64,000 nt of DNA, taken from contig CAWHIJ010000003.1 of NCBI GenBank assembly GCA_963829525.1, positions 704,001 through 768,000 on the forward strand, given 5' to 3'. This DNA is from an uncultured Actinomycetota bacterium. Its GTDB lineage: Bacteria > Actinomycetota > Actinomycetes > JAHEKZ01. The number at the start of each line of letters is the position of its first letter. Positions within the stretch are counted from its first letter, which is position 1. The translations under genes were made by a program, and so were the position numbers. The notes beneath the pieces were generated by a model. The model was not told the DNA's origin and did not search any database. It was given only the letters and a program-made list of their open reading frames with translations. This document shows positions 1 to 8,849 of this stretch, piece after piece.

Positions 1-1
1 C

Positions 2-118
2 AGTGCGCTGATGATCGCCAACCCATTCCGGGCCAGCGGCATGACCAAGCTCTTCTCGACGCACCCCGCCACCGCAGACCGCGTCGCGCGCCTCGAGGAG
101 ATGGCGGGCTATCGATGA
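2..118 (+). CDS. htpX: 3' end of zinc metalloprotease HtpX (partial)
   Basis: Frame 2 reads [38 protein letters not shown]; LFSTHP..RVARL is the M48/HtpX C-terminal motif. Confidence 0.8.
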   Translation, partial: SALMIANPFRASGMTKLFSTHPATADRVARLEEMAGYR

Positions 119-164
119 TTGACTAACTGATCAGTCAGTCAGTAGCATCGGAAGACTGATCAGT
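119..164 (+). promoter_or_regulatory. Sigma70-type promoter overlapped by two palindromic operators
   Basis: TTGACT(119-124)-N18-TAGCAT(143-148); ACTGATCAGT palindrome at 126-135 and 155-164. Confidence 0.6.
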
Positions 165-173
165 GGAGGTTTC

Positions 174-1767
174 ATGGCTCAGCGGTATGACGCCGTCGTC
201 ATCGGTGGGGGGCACAACGGGCTCGTCGCCGCCGCCTACCTCGCGAAGTACGGCAAGCGAGTCGTCGTGCTGGAGGCTCGTCATAAGACAGGTGGGGCTG
301 CAGACACCAGCCAGCCGTGGCCCGAAGCTCCGGAGTTCAAGGTGACGACGTTGTCGTACACGATGAGCCTGATGCCCGAGTACATCCTCAGGGATCTCCA
401 GCTGGCCAAGTACGGGTACAAGATCAACCCCCTCGGGCTCGGCTACCTGCCCACGTCGGATGGCCGTTCGCTGATCAGCGACGGTCCGCGTCAGTACGAC
501 TCGTTCGCGCAGTTCTCCAAGAAGGACGCCGACGCCTACGGTCCCGTACTTCGAGTGGATCGGCCGCATCGCCGGCATCTTGCACCCGCTGCTCGACAGG
601 ACGCCACCGCACGTTGGCTCCAAGAAGATAGGCGACATCAAGGATCTCGGCCAGCTTGCGTGGGCGCTCCGTAAGGAGATCGACGAGCGCACAGTCGCCG
701 ACATCACCAGGCTCTTCACCATGAGCGCGGCCGATCTGCTCGACCGCTGGTTCGAGAACCCCGTGGTGCTCGGCTCGCTCGCAGTCAACGGCATCATCGG
801 CACCTGGGCCGGCCCGATGAGCCCAGGGACCGCCTACGTGCTGATGCACCACTCGGTGGGCGAAGAAGCCGAGGGCAAGGTCTCGTCGTGGGGCATGCCC
901 GAAGGCGGCATGGGAGCGGTGGCCGACGCCTGCCGGATGGCCGCGGAGTCTTTCGGCGTCGAGATCCGGGTGAACTCTCCGGTCAGCCAGGTCACCATCA
1001 AGGACGGCCGCGTGACCGGCGTTGTTCTGGAGGACGGCGAGGAGATTGCCGCCGACCTCGTCGTCACCACGTGCCACCCGCAGATCACTTTCTTGAACCA
1101 GATCGAACGCCACCACCTGCCCGACGACTTCGTTCACGACATCGAGAACTGGCGATCACGGTCGGGCACGGTGAAGATCAACCTCGCCCTCGACCGGCTG
1201 CCGGAGTTCACCGCCGACCCAGGGTTCGACAAGGACATTCACGGCGGCGCCATCTTCATGATGGACGACCTCGAGTACCTCGAGACCGCGTTCCAGGAGG
1301 CCAGGGCAGGCAAGCCGGCGACGCTGCCGTTCTCCGACACCGAGATCCCAACGGTTTTCGACCGCACCCTGGCTCCTGAAGGCAAGCACATCATGTCGAT
1401 GTTCACCCAGTGGGTGCCCGAGTCGTGGAGCAAGGAGCCCCACGACGAGGAGCTCAAGGCCTATGCCAACCGCCTCTACGACCGCTTCGACGAGGTGGCC
1501 CCCGGTTTCAAGGACTCGATTCTTCACGAGCAGATCATCGGGCCGCATGAGATGGAGCGAGACTTCGGATTGATCGGCGGCAACATCTTCCACGGTGAGC
1601 TGACCGTCGATCAGCTCTTCCACATGCGTCCAGCCGTTGGGTACGCCGACTACCGGACGCCGATCAAGGGCCTGTACCAGGGCTCCAGCGCCACCCACGC
1701 CGGCGGCGGCGTCACGGGGATGCCAGGCCACCACGTCGTGCGCGAGATAAGGCGCGACAAGGCCTGA
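174..1767 (+). CDS. Phytoene dehydrogenase-like NAD(P)/FAD-dependent oxidoreductase, one frameshift near 543-545
   Basis: N-terminal IGGGHNGLVAAAYLA Rossmann motif and C-terminal GGNIFHG..THAGGGVTG; removing one C from CCC at 543-545 joins ORFs 174..674 and 580..1767 (GPYFEWIGRIAGILHPLL). Confidence 0.8.
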
Positions 1768-1952
1768 CGAATGCTTCTCAACTGGCAGCCTGAGCAGACA
1801 GAAGCGGCAAGTCGGTAGGCCAGCCGGACAACACACACACGATCCGGATCGCGGGTGCGGCGGTTTCTCAGGTGTCGAGCTGATCGCTACTCTTGCATCC
1901 CGTGCCCAGCCCAACGACGATCACCTCGGACGTCCAACTCCCTGCGAGTGGC

Positions 1953-4037
1953 ATGCGTCCAACGCATCGCCGAAGTGATATCCAGGGACTCCGGGCGATC
2001 GCGGTCGGTCTGGTCGTCGCCTACCACGGGGGGCTGCCGATACCCGGCGGATTCATCGGGGTCGACGTCTTCTTCGTGATCTCCGGGTACGTCATTGTCG
2101 GGCTCCTGTACCGCGAAGTCGAACGGTCCGGGCACATTGATCTTCTGCGCTTCATGACTAGGCGGGCCAGGCGGATTCTGCCGGCGCTCGCACTGGTCAC
2201 TGCCGTGACTTGCGTTGCGGCCTGGTTCTGGCTGAGTCCCTTCGGCCCACAGCAGGTGACTGCTGGGACAGCGGCCGGGGCGATGCTCTTTTACGCGAAC
2301 TGGTACATCCGGGTCCGTAGTGGGAACTACTTCGATGAGGCAGCAGACGTAAATCCGCTACTGCACACATGGTCTCTGTCCGTTGAGGAGCAGTTCTACT
2401 TCGTCTTTCCATCACTGATGGCCGTGGTGTGGCTTGCTGCCGTACGGCGCCGAGTCGCTCCCCGACCTGCGTTGGTCACCATGATGGTGTTGGTGGGTTG
2501 CGCCTCCCTGGCCGCCGCTCTTTGGATGACCAGCAGAGGGGGTGGTCAGTCCGTCGCCTGGGCGTTCTATGGCTCGCCTTTCCGGGCCTGGGAGTTTGCA
2601 GTCGGTGCGCTCGTCGCCGTCGGCGTCCGACAGCGGTCGAGGTTGCCTGGGATTGCGCTCACCGCGTTGGCGGGGCTCGGCGTTGCCGCCATTGCGGCCA
2701 GCGCCTTTCTGATCGATAGCTCTACCCGCTTCCCTGGGCCTTGGACACTCGTTCCTGTGCTGGGAACCGCCGTAGTCATCTACGCCGGGACGGGCACCTC
2801 TACGGGTCCGTTGCGTGGTCTGTCGTCAAGACCAATGGTGTGGTTGGGAGACCTTTCATACTCTTGGTACCTGTGGCACTGGCCGGTGATCGTCTTTGCG
2901 TCCCTTTGGTTGCGCGACCAACCTGTATGGGTTGCGACTGCAGCTGCGCTGTCGCTTGTGCCAGCCTGGCTTTCATTTCGGCTGGCGGAGGAGCCGATTC
3001 GTCACAGTGGATGGACGGGTCGGACAGTAGTGGTGCTTGCCGCAATCTGCATCGGTGTGCCTGTTGCTGGCGCTGCCCTCTTGACGCACCACGCAAATGG
3101 CGCCGTGGAGCAAATGAATGAGGTCGTCAAGTCACAACCGGCGCGAAAGTTCGGTTTCGTCGCGAAGAACCCACAGCCAGATGATCTCTTTCAGGCTGCT
3201 GCCCTCGCACAGCGAGGGCAATGGGCAGTCTTCAAAGAGCCCTGCCTTTCAGGTGCCGGCAACGTGTTGGGCGATTGCAAGTTCTTTGAGGCGCCAGGTC
3301 GCCCACGAGCTGTTCTCGTTGGTGACTCGCACGCAGGCGCCTATGCGGCAGGGTTCGCGGCGGCTGCTCGTGAACTGGGGTACTCCGTAGAGATCATCTC
3401 CAACGGAGGATGCCAAGTGCTCGATGTTCCCCTTCTACGTGACGGTGAGTACGACCGTGGGTGCGCTGAACGCGTGAAGGAGACCTGGAACTACCTTCGG
3501 GAGGATCCTCCAGACCTGCTCGCCATGGCGCATCGTTCACCGCGGGTGGTATCGCCGGAGATCTTGCTGGCTGATGAGCTTCGGCCGGGCTACACGACGA
3601 CTTGCATCACCGGATCGACCCACGAAGGGTGTCTGCCGCACGACGAGGCAGTCCGGGCCTGGGCCTCAGCTCTTGGTGACGCAGCAAAGAGTCTGCAGTC
3701 ACTTGGTGTTCCACTGGTCGTGCTTCAAACAGCTCCCGAGCACAGCGCGGGCCTTCCGGAGTGCGTTTCCGGGACGACGGTCGATATGGAATGCACTGAG
3801 ACTGACCGCGACCTCACGTGGGATCGCCGGGTAGACGTCATCGAAGCCGAGAAGCAGGTCGGCGCAGATTTGGGCTTCACTGTGTATGACCCCTTTGAAC
3901 ACTTCTGCGACGCTGAGACCTGCTATCAGTACATCGACGATCGTTTCTACTACCGTAACGACGACCACATGAACGCCGACGGCAGTGAGGCGCTCACCGG
4001 CGAGATAAAGACGGCCTTGGAAGAGGCGGTTTCGTAG
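1953..4037 (+). CDS. Acyltransferase-3 + SGNH-domain O-acyltransferase (OatA/OafA-like); start uncertain
   Basis: IQGLRAIAV, GVDVFFVISGY, HTWSLSVEEQFY, GDLSYSWYLWHWP; C-terminal GDSHA and NDDH SGNH-like motifs. Confidence 0.85.
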   Translation: MRPTHRRSDIQGLRAIAVGLVVAYHGGLPIPGGFIGVDVFFVISGYVIVGLLYREVERSGHIDLLRFMTRRARRILPALALVTAVTCVAAWFWLSPFGPQQVTAGTAAGAMLFYANWYIRVRSGNYFDEAADVNPLLHTWSLSVEEQFYFVFPSLMAVVWLAAVRRRVAPRPALVTMMVLVGCASLAAALWMTSRGGGQSVAWAFYGSPFRAWEFAVGALVAVGVRQRSRLPGIALTALAGLGVAAIAASAFLIDSSTRFPGPWTLVPVLGTAVVIYAGTGTSTGPLRGLSSRPMVWLGDLSYSWYLWHWPVIVFASLWLRDQPVWVATAAALSLVPAWLSFRLAEEPIRHSGWTGRTVVVLAAICIGVPVAGAALLTHHANGAVEQMNEVVKSQPARKFGFVAKNPQPDDLFQAAALAQRGQWAVFKEPCLSGAGNVLGDCKFFEAPGRPRAVLVGDSHAGAYAAGFAAAARELGYSVEIISNGGCQVLDVPLLRDGEYDRGCAERVKETWNYLREDPPDLLAMAHRSPRVVSPEILLADELRPGYTTTCITGSTHEGCLPHDEAVRAWASALGDAAKSLQSLGVPLVVLQTAPEHSAGLPECVSGTTVDMECTETDRDLTWDRRVDVIEAEKQVGADLGFTVYDPFEHFCDAETCYQYIDDRFYYRNDDHMNADGSEALTGEIKTALEEAVS

Positions 4038-4062
4038 CGTCAGGCTCGAGTGTGCTTGCGGC

Positions 4063-4557
4063 TCAGCGGTAGTTGACGTACTGCAGCGCGACTTCGAGGT
4101 CCTTGCCGTCGAGCAGCCGCTGGACGGACTGGAGATCATCGCGGCTCTTGCTCGTCACCCGCAGCTCGTCGCCCTGGATCTGAGCCTTGATGCCCTTCGG
4201 GCCTTCGTCACGGATGATCTTGCCGATCTTCTTGGCGTTCTCCTGGCTGATGCCCTGGGAGAGCGTCCCACTGATCCTGTACTCCTTGCCGGAAGCGGCT
4301 GGGTCCCCGGCGTCGAGGTGCTTGAGGGACACCTTCCGCTTGACCAGCTTGTCCTTGAAGACGTCCAGCGCCGCTTTGACCCGCTCCTCGGAGTTGGCCC
4401 GCACCTCGATGCCCATTTCACCCTGCCAGGCGATAGACGCGCCAGTGCCCTTGAAGTCGAAGCGCTGGCTCAGTTCCTTGGCCGTCTGGTTCAAGGCGTT
4501 GTCGATCTCCTGACGGTCGACCTTGCTCACGATGTCGAACGAGGACTCCGAGGCCAT
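4063..4557 (-). CDS. yajQ: YajQ family nucleotide/c-di-GMP-binding protein
   Basis: [34 protein letters not shown]. Confidence 0.92.
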   Translation of the reverse strand: MASESSFDIVSKVDRQEIDNALNQTAKELSQRFDFKGTGASIAWQGEMGIEVRANSEERVKAALDVFKDKLVKRKVSLKHLDAGDPAASGKEYRISGTLSQGISQENAKKIGKIIRDEGPKGIKAQIQGDELRVTSKSRDDLQSVQRLLDGKDLEVALQYVNYR

Positions 4558-4656
4558 GGGGTTCCTTCCGGGCTGGTCTGAGGCGCTGAATGGTCGGCAT
4601 ATGCGCGATAGGGGGCTGCGGTATTGTTGTCGTTCGTCGCCCAGCGCGGCAAGCCT

Positions 4657-4738
4657 GGCAGGTTGCCCGAGTGGCCAAAGGGAGCGGACTGTAAATCCGC
4701 CGGCTCAGCCTACGTTGGTTCGAACCCAACACCTGCCA
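4657..4738 (+). tRNA. tRNA-Tyr(GTA)
   Basis: GGCAGGT/ACCTGCC acceptor stem, CTGTAAA anticodon loop, long variable arm, GTTCGAA T-loop. Confidence 0.97.
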
Positions 4739-5099
4739 CGCCGAGAACCCCCGACCGCGGTCGGGGGTTCTCGCATTCGCCGGCCATTCGCCGGCCATTC
4801 GCCGCGACGATGGATGCCAGGACTGCGAGGCCCACCACAGTTCCGATCAGACGCCAGCGCCCCGTAACCGTCCCCAAAACGGCGCCGGCACTCGCCGCCG
4901 ACATCAGCGACCCCACGCTGGCGGCCGAGAGCGCTGACGCAGCCGAAGCTGCTGAGCCAATCGACAGGACCGACCCCACAGACCCCACAGAGCCGATGCT
5001 CGCTGCCGACCCAATCGAGCCGATCGATAGGACACTGCCCTGAGATGCGATGGAAAGGAACGAGTCGCTGGACGCGAGGGAGAGCCGGGAGTTCGCCAT
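4710..5099 (-). CDS. Hypothetical (Ser-X-X)23 repeat protein with C-terminal TM helix
   Basis: Ser at every third residue from 4 to 70, encoded by both TCN and AGY codons; CACAAT -10-like box 6 nt before the ATG. Confidence 0.7.
   Translation of the reverse strand: MANSRLSLASSDSFLSIASQGSVLSIGSIGSAASIGSVGSVGSVLSIGSAASAASALSAASVGSLMSAASAGAVLGTVTGRWRLIGTVVGLAVLASIVAANGRRMAGECENPRPRSGVLGVAGVGFEPT
4742..4773. terminator. Perfect 32-bp palindrome, probable bidirectional terminator
   Basis: CGAGAACCCCCGACCG/CGGTCGGGGGTTCTCG directly after tRNA-Tyr. Confidence 0.7.
4774..4804. repeat. 11-nt tandem repeat (about 2.8 copies)
   Basis: CATTCGCCGGC CATTCGCCGGC CATTCGCCG. Confidence 0.85.
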
Positions 5100-5208
5100 A
5101 CGCGAATTGTGGTCCCCAAGCGGGGATCGCGATAGTCGAGCGTGAGGCCGATTTCTCCGGCAGTGTCAGCCCCGTGTAACCTGTCTCCGCTCGGGAAAGC
5201 CGAGTAAG

Positions 5209-5281
5209 GCCCCAATAGCTCAGTCGGTAGAGCGTCTCCATGGTAAGGAGAAGGTCTACGGTTCGATTCCGTATTGGGGCT
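5209..5281 (+). tRNA. tRNA-Thr(GGT)
   Basis: GCCCCAA/TTGGGGC acceptor stem, TCTCC-ATGGTAA-GGAGA anticodon arm, GTTCGATTCC. Confidence 0.96.
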
Positions 5282-5328
5282 CGGGGCCTGGCCATCGATC
5301 TTCACCGGTCGCGGCGTCAGGTTCGGTC

Positions 5329-5402
5329 GGCGGAGTAGCTCAGGTTGGCAGAGCAAGCGGCTCATAATCGCTGTGTCGCCGGTTCAAATCCGGCCTCCGC
5401 TA
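5329..5402 (+). tRNA. tRNA-Met(CAT), elongator-type (could be Ile2)
   Basis: GGCGGAG/CTCCGCT acceptor stem, CTCATAA anticodon loop, GTTCAAATCC. Confidence 0.93.
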
Positions 5403-5453
5403 CTCAGCAGGTAGGCAGTCCAGAATCACCCGAAAGCAACCCAAGGAGTCCCG

Positions 5454-5618
5454 GTGGCCAAGAGCGACGTTCGGCCGAAGATCACGATGGCCTGCGCGGA
5501 CTGTAAGAACCGCAATTACATCACCAAGAAGAACCGCCGGAACGACCCCGACAGGATCTCGTTGCAGAAGTTCTGTCCCAACTGCGGCAAGCACACTGAG
5601 CACCGCGAGACCCGTTAG
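5454..5618 (+). CDS. rpmG: 50S ribosomal protein L33, Zn-binding form (below ORF-track cutoff)
   Basis: [54 protein letters not shown]; RBS AAGGAG. Confidence 0.97.
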   Translation: MAKSDVRPKITMACADCKNRNYITKKNRRNDPDRISLQKFCPNCGKHTEHRETR

Positions 5619-5695
5619 TCCCGGTCTGGTGACGCGGTGAACCCTCGCGTCCCGCCTCCGGTCACCGGGGGCCAGTTCGGAGGGATGGGCTGAGC

Positions 5696-6142
5696 ATGGC
5701 GATCAATGTCGAACTTGTCGGTAAGCACTATCCGCCGCAGACCTACGAGGTTGGACGCGAGAAGATCCGGGAGTTTGCCTCGGCGGTCGGCGATACCAAC
5801 CCCGCCTATCACGACGTCGATGTCGCAAAGGCGCTCGGCCATGGTGATCTGGTCGCGCCACCTACCTTCGCAGTCGTTGTGACGCGCGGGCCGCAGATTG
5901 CGGTCATCGACGACCCCGAGCTTGGCCTCGACTTCTCCCGGGTCGTGCACGGTGACCAGAAATTCTGGTTCACTCGCCCCATCGTTGCGGGTGAAACACT
6001 GCACACCACTGCATCGGTCCACTCTGCTCGCACGATGGCTGGCAACGACGTCTTGACGATTCGGAGCGATGTGGCAGACCAAGCTGGAGCCCCAGTGGTC
6101 TCAGTCTTCGCCACCCTCGTCGCTCGCGCATTGGAGGGGTGA
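5696..6142 (+). CDS. MaoC-like dehydratase N-terminal domain protein (HadA-like)
   Basis: YEVGREKIREFA, APPTF, VHGDQKF; conserved position after rpmG. Confidence 0.88.
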   Translation: MAINVELVGKHYPPQTYEVGREKIREFASAVGDTNPAYHDVDVAKALGHGDLVAPPTFAVVVTRGPQIAVIDDPELGLDFSRVVHGDQKFWFTRPIVAGETLHTTASVHSARTMAGNDVLTIRSDVADQAGAPVVSVFATLVARALEG

Positions 6143-6145
6143 CCG

Positions 6146-6574
6146 GTGGCAGCAGCTGTTCACGCTGACGACGTTGAAGTCGGTAGCGAGCTTCCACCGC
6201 AGTCCTTCTCGCTGCGGCGCGTTGACCTCGTCAAGTACGCCGGTGCATCGGGCGACTTCAACGTCATCCATTGGAACGAGCGAGTCGCTACCGAGGTCGG
6301 TCTGCCAAACGTCATTGCACACGGAATGCTCACGATGGCCGAGGCGGTGCGAGTGGTCACTGACTGGTGTGGTGATCCCGGAGCGGTCGTTGAGTACAGC
6401 ACCAAGTTCACCAAGCCGGTACCTGTTCCGGACACCGATTCCGGCGCCACCATTGTTGTCGGTGGCAAGGTGATCGAAGTTCTGGACGCCGGGCGAGTCA
6501 AGGTTGAGCTCACCGCCACCTGCGACGGCGTGAAGGTGCTCGGAATGGCGCGCGCTGTTGTGCAGCTCGCCTGA
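6146..6574 (+). CDS. MaoC family dehydratase (HadB-like)
   Basis: YAGASGDFNVIHW and IAHGMLTM hydratase-2 motifs. Confidence 0.9.
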   Translation: MAAAVHADDVEVGSELPPQSFSLRRVDLVKYAGASGDFNVIHWNERVATEVGLPNVIAHGMLTMAEAVRVVTDWCGDPGAVVEYSTKFTKPVPVPDTDSGATIVVGGKVIEVLDAGRVKVELTATCDGVKVLGMARAVVQLA

Positions 6575-7605
6575 TGCTCGAACGCACCGACGTCTCACTC
6601 GGCTCACTGACCACCCTCCGGATCGGTGGTAAGGCGGCACGCCTCTTCGAGGCGTCGACGACCGACGAGTTGGTGGGCGTCGTGCGTGGCGAAGGTCGGC
6701 ACGGTTGCCTCGTCCTCGCTGGAGGGTCGAACCTGGTGGTGTCCGACGAGGGGATCGATGTCCCTGTGGTCGCGGTGCGCACCACCGGTGTTGAAGTCCG
6801 GCGCGCTCCCGACAACGTGCTTATCGACGTGAAGGCTGGAGAGTTATGGGACGACCTCGTCGCACGTTGCGTCGGTGAGGGGTGGTCAGGGATTGAGGCG
6901 CTCTCGGGGATTCCCGGCTCAGTGGGTGCGACGCCGATCCAGAATGTGGGTGCCTACGGCCAAGAGGTTTCTGACGTCGTGGCCGGCGTCGACGTCTTCG
7001 ACCGGCTCACCGATCGAATCCACTCCCTGACAGCTACCGACTGTGCGTTCGGCTACCGCACGAGCGTCTTCAAGAAGGTTCCGGACAGATTTGTTGTGCT
7101 GTCGGTGCGGCTTCGGCTCCGGGCATCGAGTCAAAGCGCCCCTGTTCGATATACCGAGCTGTCCCGACGCCTGGATGTCGAGGTCGGTGAGTCCGCCCCG
7201 CTTGCCGAGGTGCGGGCCGCCGTGCTCGAACTTCGTCGCGCGAAGGGAATGGTGCTCGACGATGCGGACCACGACACCTGGTCGGCCGGCTCGTTCTTCA
7301 CTAACCCGGTGATTGCCCCGGGAGATGTTCCGGCCGACGCTCCGCAGTGGCTGCAGGCGGACGGGCGAGTCAAGACATCCGCCGCGTGGATGATCGATCA
7401 CGCGGGGTTCCCCAAGGGGTACGGCGCCAATGTTGGCACCGGCGCGGCGACTCTCTCGACCAAGCACACTCTGGCCGTCACCAATCGTGGCGGGGCGACG
7501 ACCGAAGACGTCTTGATCCTCGCTCGGACGGTACGTGAAGGCGTTCACGACCGATTCGGGTTGACTCTGCATGCCGAGCCAACCCTGGTCGGCGTCCACC
7601 TCTGA
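6574..7605 (+). CDS. murB: UDP-N-acetylmuramate dehydrogenase
   Basis: TTLRIGG, GGSNLV, GIPGSVGATPIQNVGAYG, FGYRTSVFK, SAGSFFTNP. Confidence 0.95.
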   Translation: MLERTDVSLGSLTTLRIGGKAARLFEASTTDELVGVVRGEGRHGCLVLAGGSNLVVSDEGIDVPVVAVRTTGVEVRRAPDNVLIDVKAGELWDDLVARCVGEGWSGIEALSGIPGSVGATPIQNVGAYGQEVSDVVAGVDVFDRLTDRIHSLTATDCAFGYRTSVFKKVPDRFVVLSVRLRLRASSQSAPVRYTELSRRLDVEVGESAPLAEVRAAVLELRRAKGMVLDDADHDTWSAGSFFTNPVIAPGDVPADAPQWLQADGRVKTSAAWMIDHAGFPKGYGANVGTGAATLSTKHTLAVTNRGGATTEDVLILARTVREGVHDRFGLTLHAEPTLVGVHL

Positions 7606-7633
7606 CCCCGGCTCGCCCATCCCCTTGAACCGA

Positions 7634-8683
7634 TCACTGACGGGGGGTCGAGAGCCAGGAGTCGATACCTTGCAGGATCTGCCGTCGGTGCGACTCGGGG
7701 GCTAGAGATGCGTTCACCGAAGACCGCGCAAGATCAGCCAGGCCGTGGTCGTCGAACGCGTGCGCGTCGCGGGCGGCCTCGTACTGCGCGGTCAGCCGCG
7801 ACCCGAAGAGCAGGGGGTCGTCGGCGCCCAGAGCCACTTCGACGCCAGCTTCCACCAATGTACGGACCGGAACGTCGGCGAGCGTGTCGTAGACCCCGAG
7901 CCCCACGTTCGAAGCCGGGCATATCTCAAGCGCAACTCCATCATCTGCCAGGCGCTTGACGAGGTCGGCGTCCTCGACACTTCGGACGCCGTGACCCACA
8001 CGGGTCGCCTTGAGAACTTCGAGGCAGCCGCGGACGCTTTCGGCTCCAAGAAGCTCACCGCCGTGCGGGACGCTAGCCAGACCGGCGTTTCTGGCGATGC
8101 GAAATGCCTCAGCAAAGTCGTCGACCCTGCCGCGACGCTCGTCGTTGGCGAGACCGAACCCCACAACCCCCTCATCGGCATAGCGCACGGCAAGCCGTGC
8201 GAGCGTGCGGGCGTCCAGTGGATGGCGGGTGCGGTTGGCGCCGACGATCACTCCGATCGCCAGACCGGTCGATCCCGATGCTGCGCGCACCGCGGCCAGC
8301 ATCAGTTCGAAGGTAGCCGTGAGGCCGTCAAATCGGGCGGCGTAGCCGGAGGGATCGACCTGGATCTCCAGCCACTGGGATCCATCGGCAACCTCGTCCT
8401 CGGCCACCTCACGGACGAGTCGGAAGATGTCGTCCGGGTCGCGCAGCACCGACCGGGCCGTGTCGTAGAGCCGCTGGAACCGGAACCAACCGCGTTCGTC
8501 AGTGGCCCGCAGCTCCGGGGGGTCGTCCGACATCAGGGCCTCGGGCAGGTGCACCTGGTGGCGCTCAGCCAGCTCGAGCAACGTGGTGTGCCGCATCGCT
8601 CCGGTGAAGTGGAGGTGCAGGTGGGCCTTGGGGAGGGCTCGCGCGCTTCGGGAGTGTCTGCTGTTCTCGTCCGCACCTGCCAC
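7634..8683 (-). CDS. add: Adenosine deaminase family protein
   Basis: LPKAHLHLH, HGGE, RVGHGVR, CPASN, GADDP. Confidence 0.9.
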   Translation of the reverse strand: MAGADENSRHSRSARALPKAHLHLHFTGAMRHTTLLELAERHQVHLPEALMSDDPPELRATDERGWFRFQRLYDTARSVLRDPDDIFRLVREVAEDEVADGSQWLEIQVDPSGYAARFDGLTATFELMLAAVRAASGSTGLAIGVIVGANRTRHPLDARTLARLAVRYADEGVVGFGLANDERRGRVDDFAEAFRIARNAGLASVPHGGELLGAESVRGCLEVLKATRVGHGVRSVEDADLVKRLADDGVALEICPASNVGLGVYDTLADVPVRTLVEAGVEVALGADDPLLFGSRLTAQYEAARDAHAFDDHGLADLARSSVNASLAPESHRRQILQGIDSWLSTPRQ

Positions 8684-8714
8684 GTGTCCAGGGTATGCAC
8701 CGCGACCGCCTCTA

Positions 8715-8751
8715 GGGCCTTTGGTCCCGGGAGTGCCGGGACTATATACCC
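8715..8751. promoter_or_regulatory. Two tandem DosR/DevR-like boxes
   Basis: GGGCCTTTGGTCCC (8715-8728) and GGGACTATATACCC (8738-8751), each 12/14 to the GGGACTWWAGTCCC core, 23 bp apart. Confidence 0.6.
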
Positions 8752-8761
8752 TGGGGGGTAT
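8746..8761. promoter_or_regulatory. CsoR/RcnR-family (CstR-like) operator
   Basis: ATACCC-TGGG-GGGTAT inverted repeat with G/C tracts, over the expected -35 of a promoter whose -10 is TACCGT (8775-8780). Confidence 0.7.
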
Positions 8762-8849
8762 CGGACCAGAGTCTTACCGTGGGGTGTGGAAGTCCCCCAC
8801 GGATTCTCAGGGTCCTGGTGGAGAACCCACGAAGACTCGGGAGGGCACG

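Noticed and set aside
5235-5251. Unusual A at position 32 of the tRNA-Thr(GGT) anticodon loop
   Set aside because: The cloverleaf is otherwise perfect and, from recall, this loop is usual in actinobacterial tRNA-Thr(GGT)
4657-5402. Integrative element at the tRNA cluster
   Set aside because: No integrase and no duplicated tRNA 3' end (att site) found in the window
5696-6574. HadAB pair as evidence of mycolic acid synthesis
   Set aside because: MaoC-like pairs next to rpmG are widespread in non-mycolate actinobacteria, and no other FAS-II genes are present here
8502-8849. 116-aa N-terminal extension of the SQR ORF
   Set aside because: Overlaps add and the promoter; the likely start is ATG 8850, with an RBS and the FAD motif immediately after
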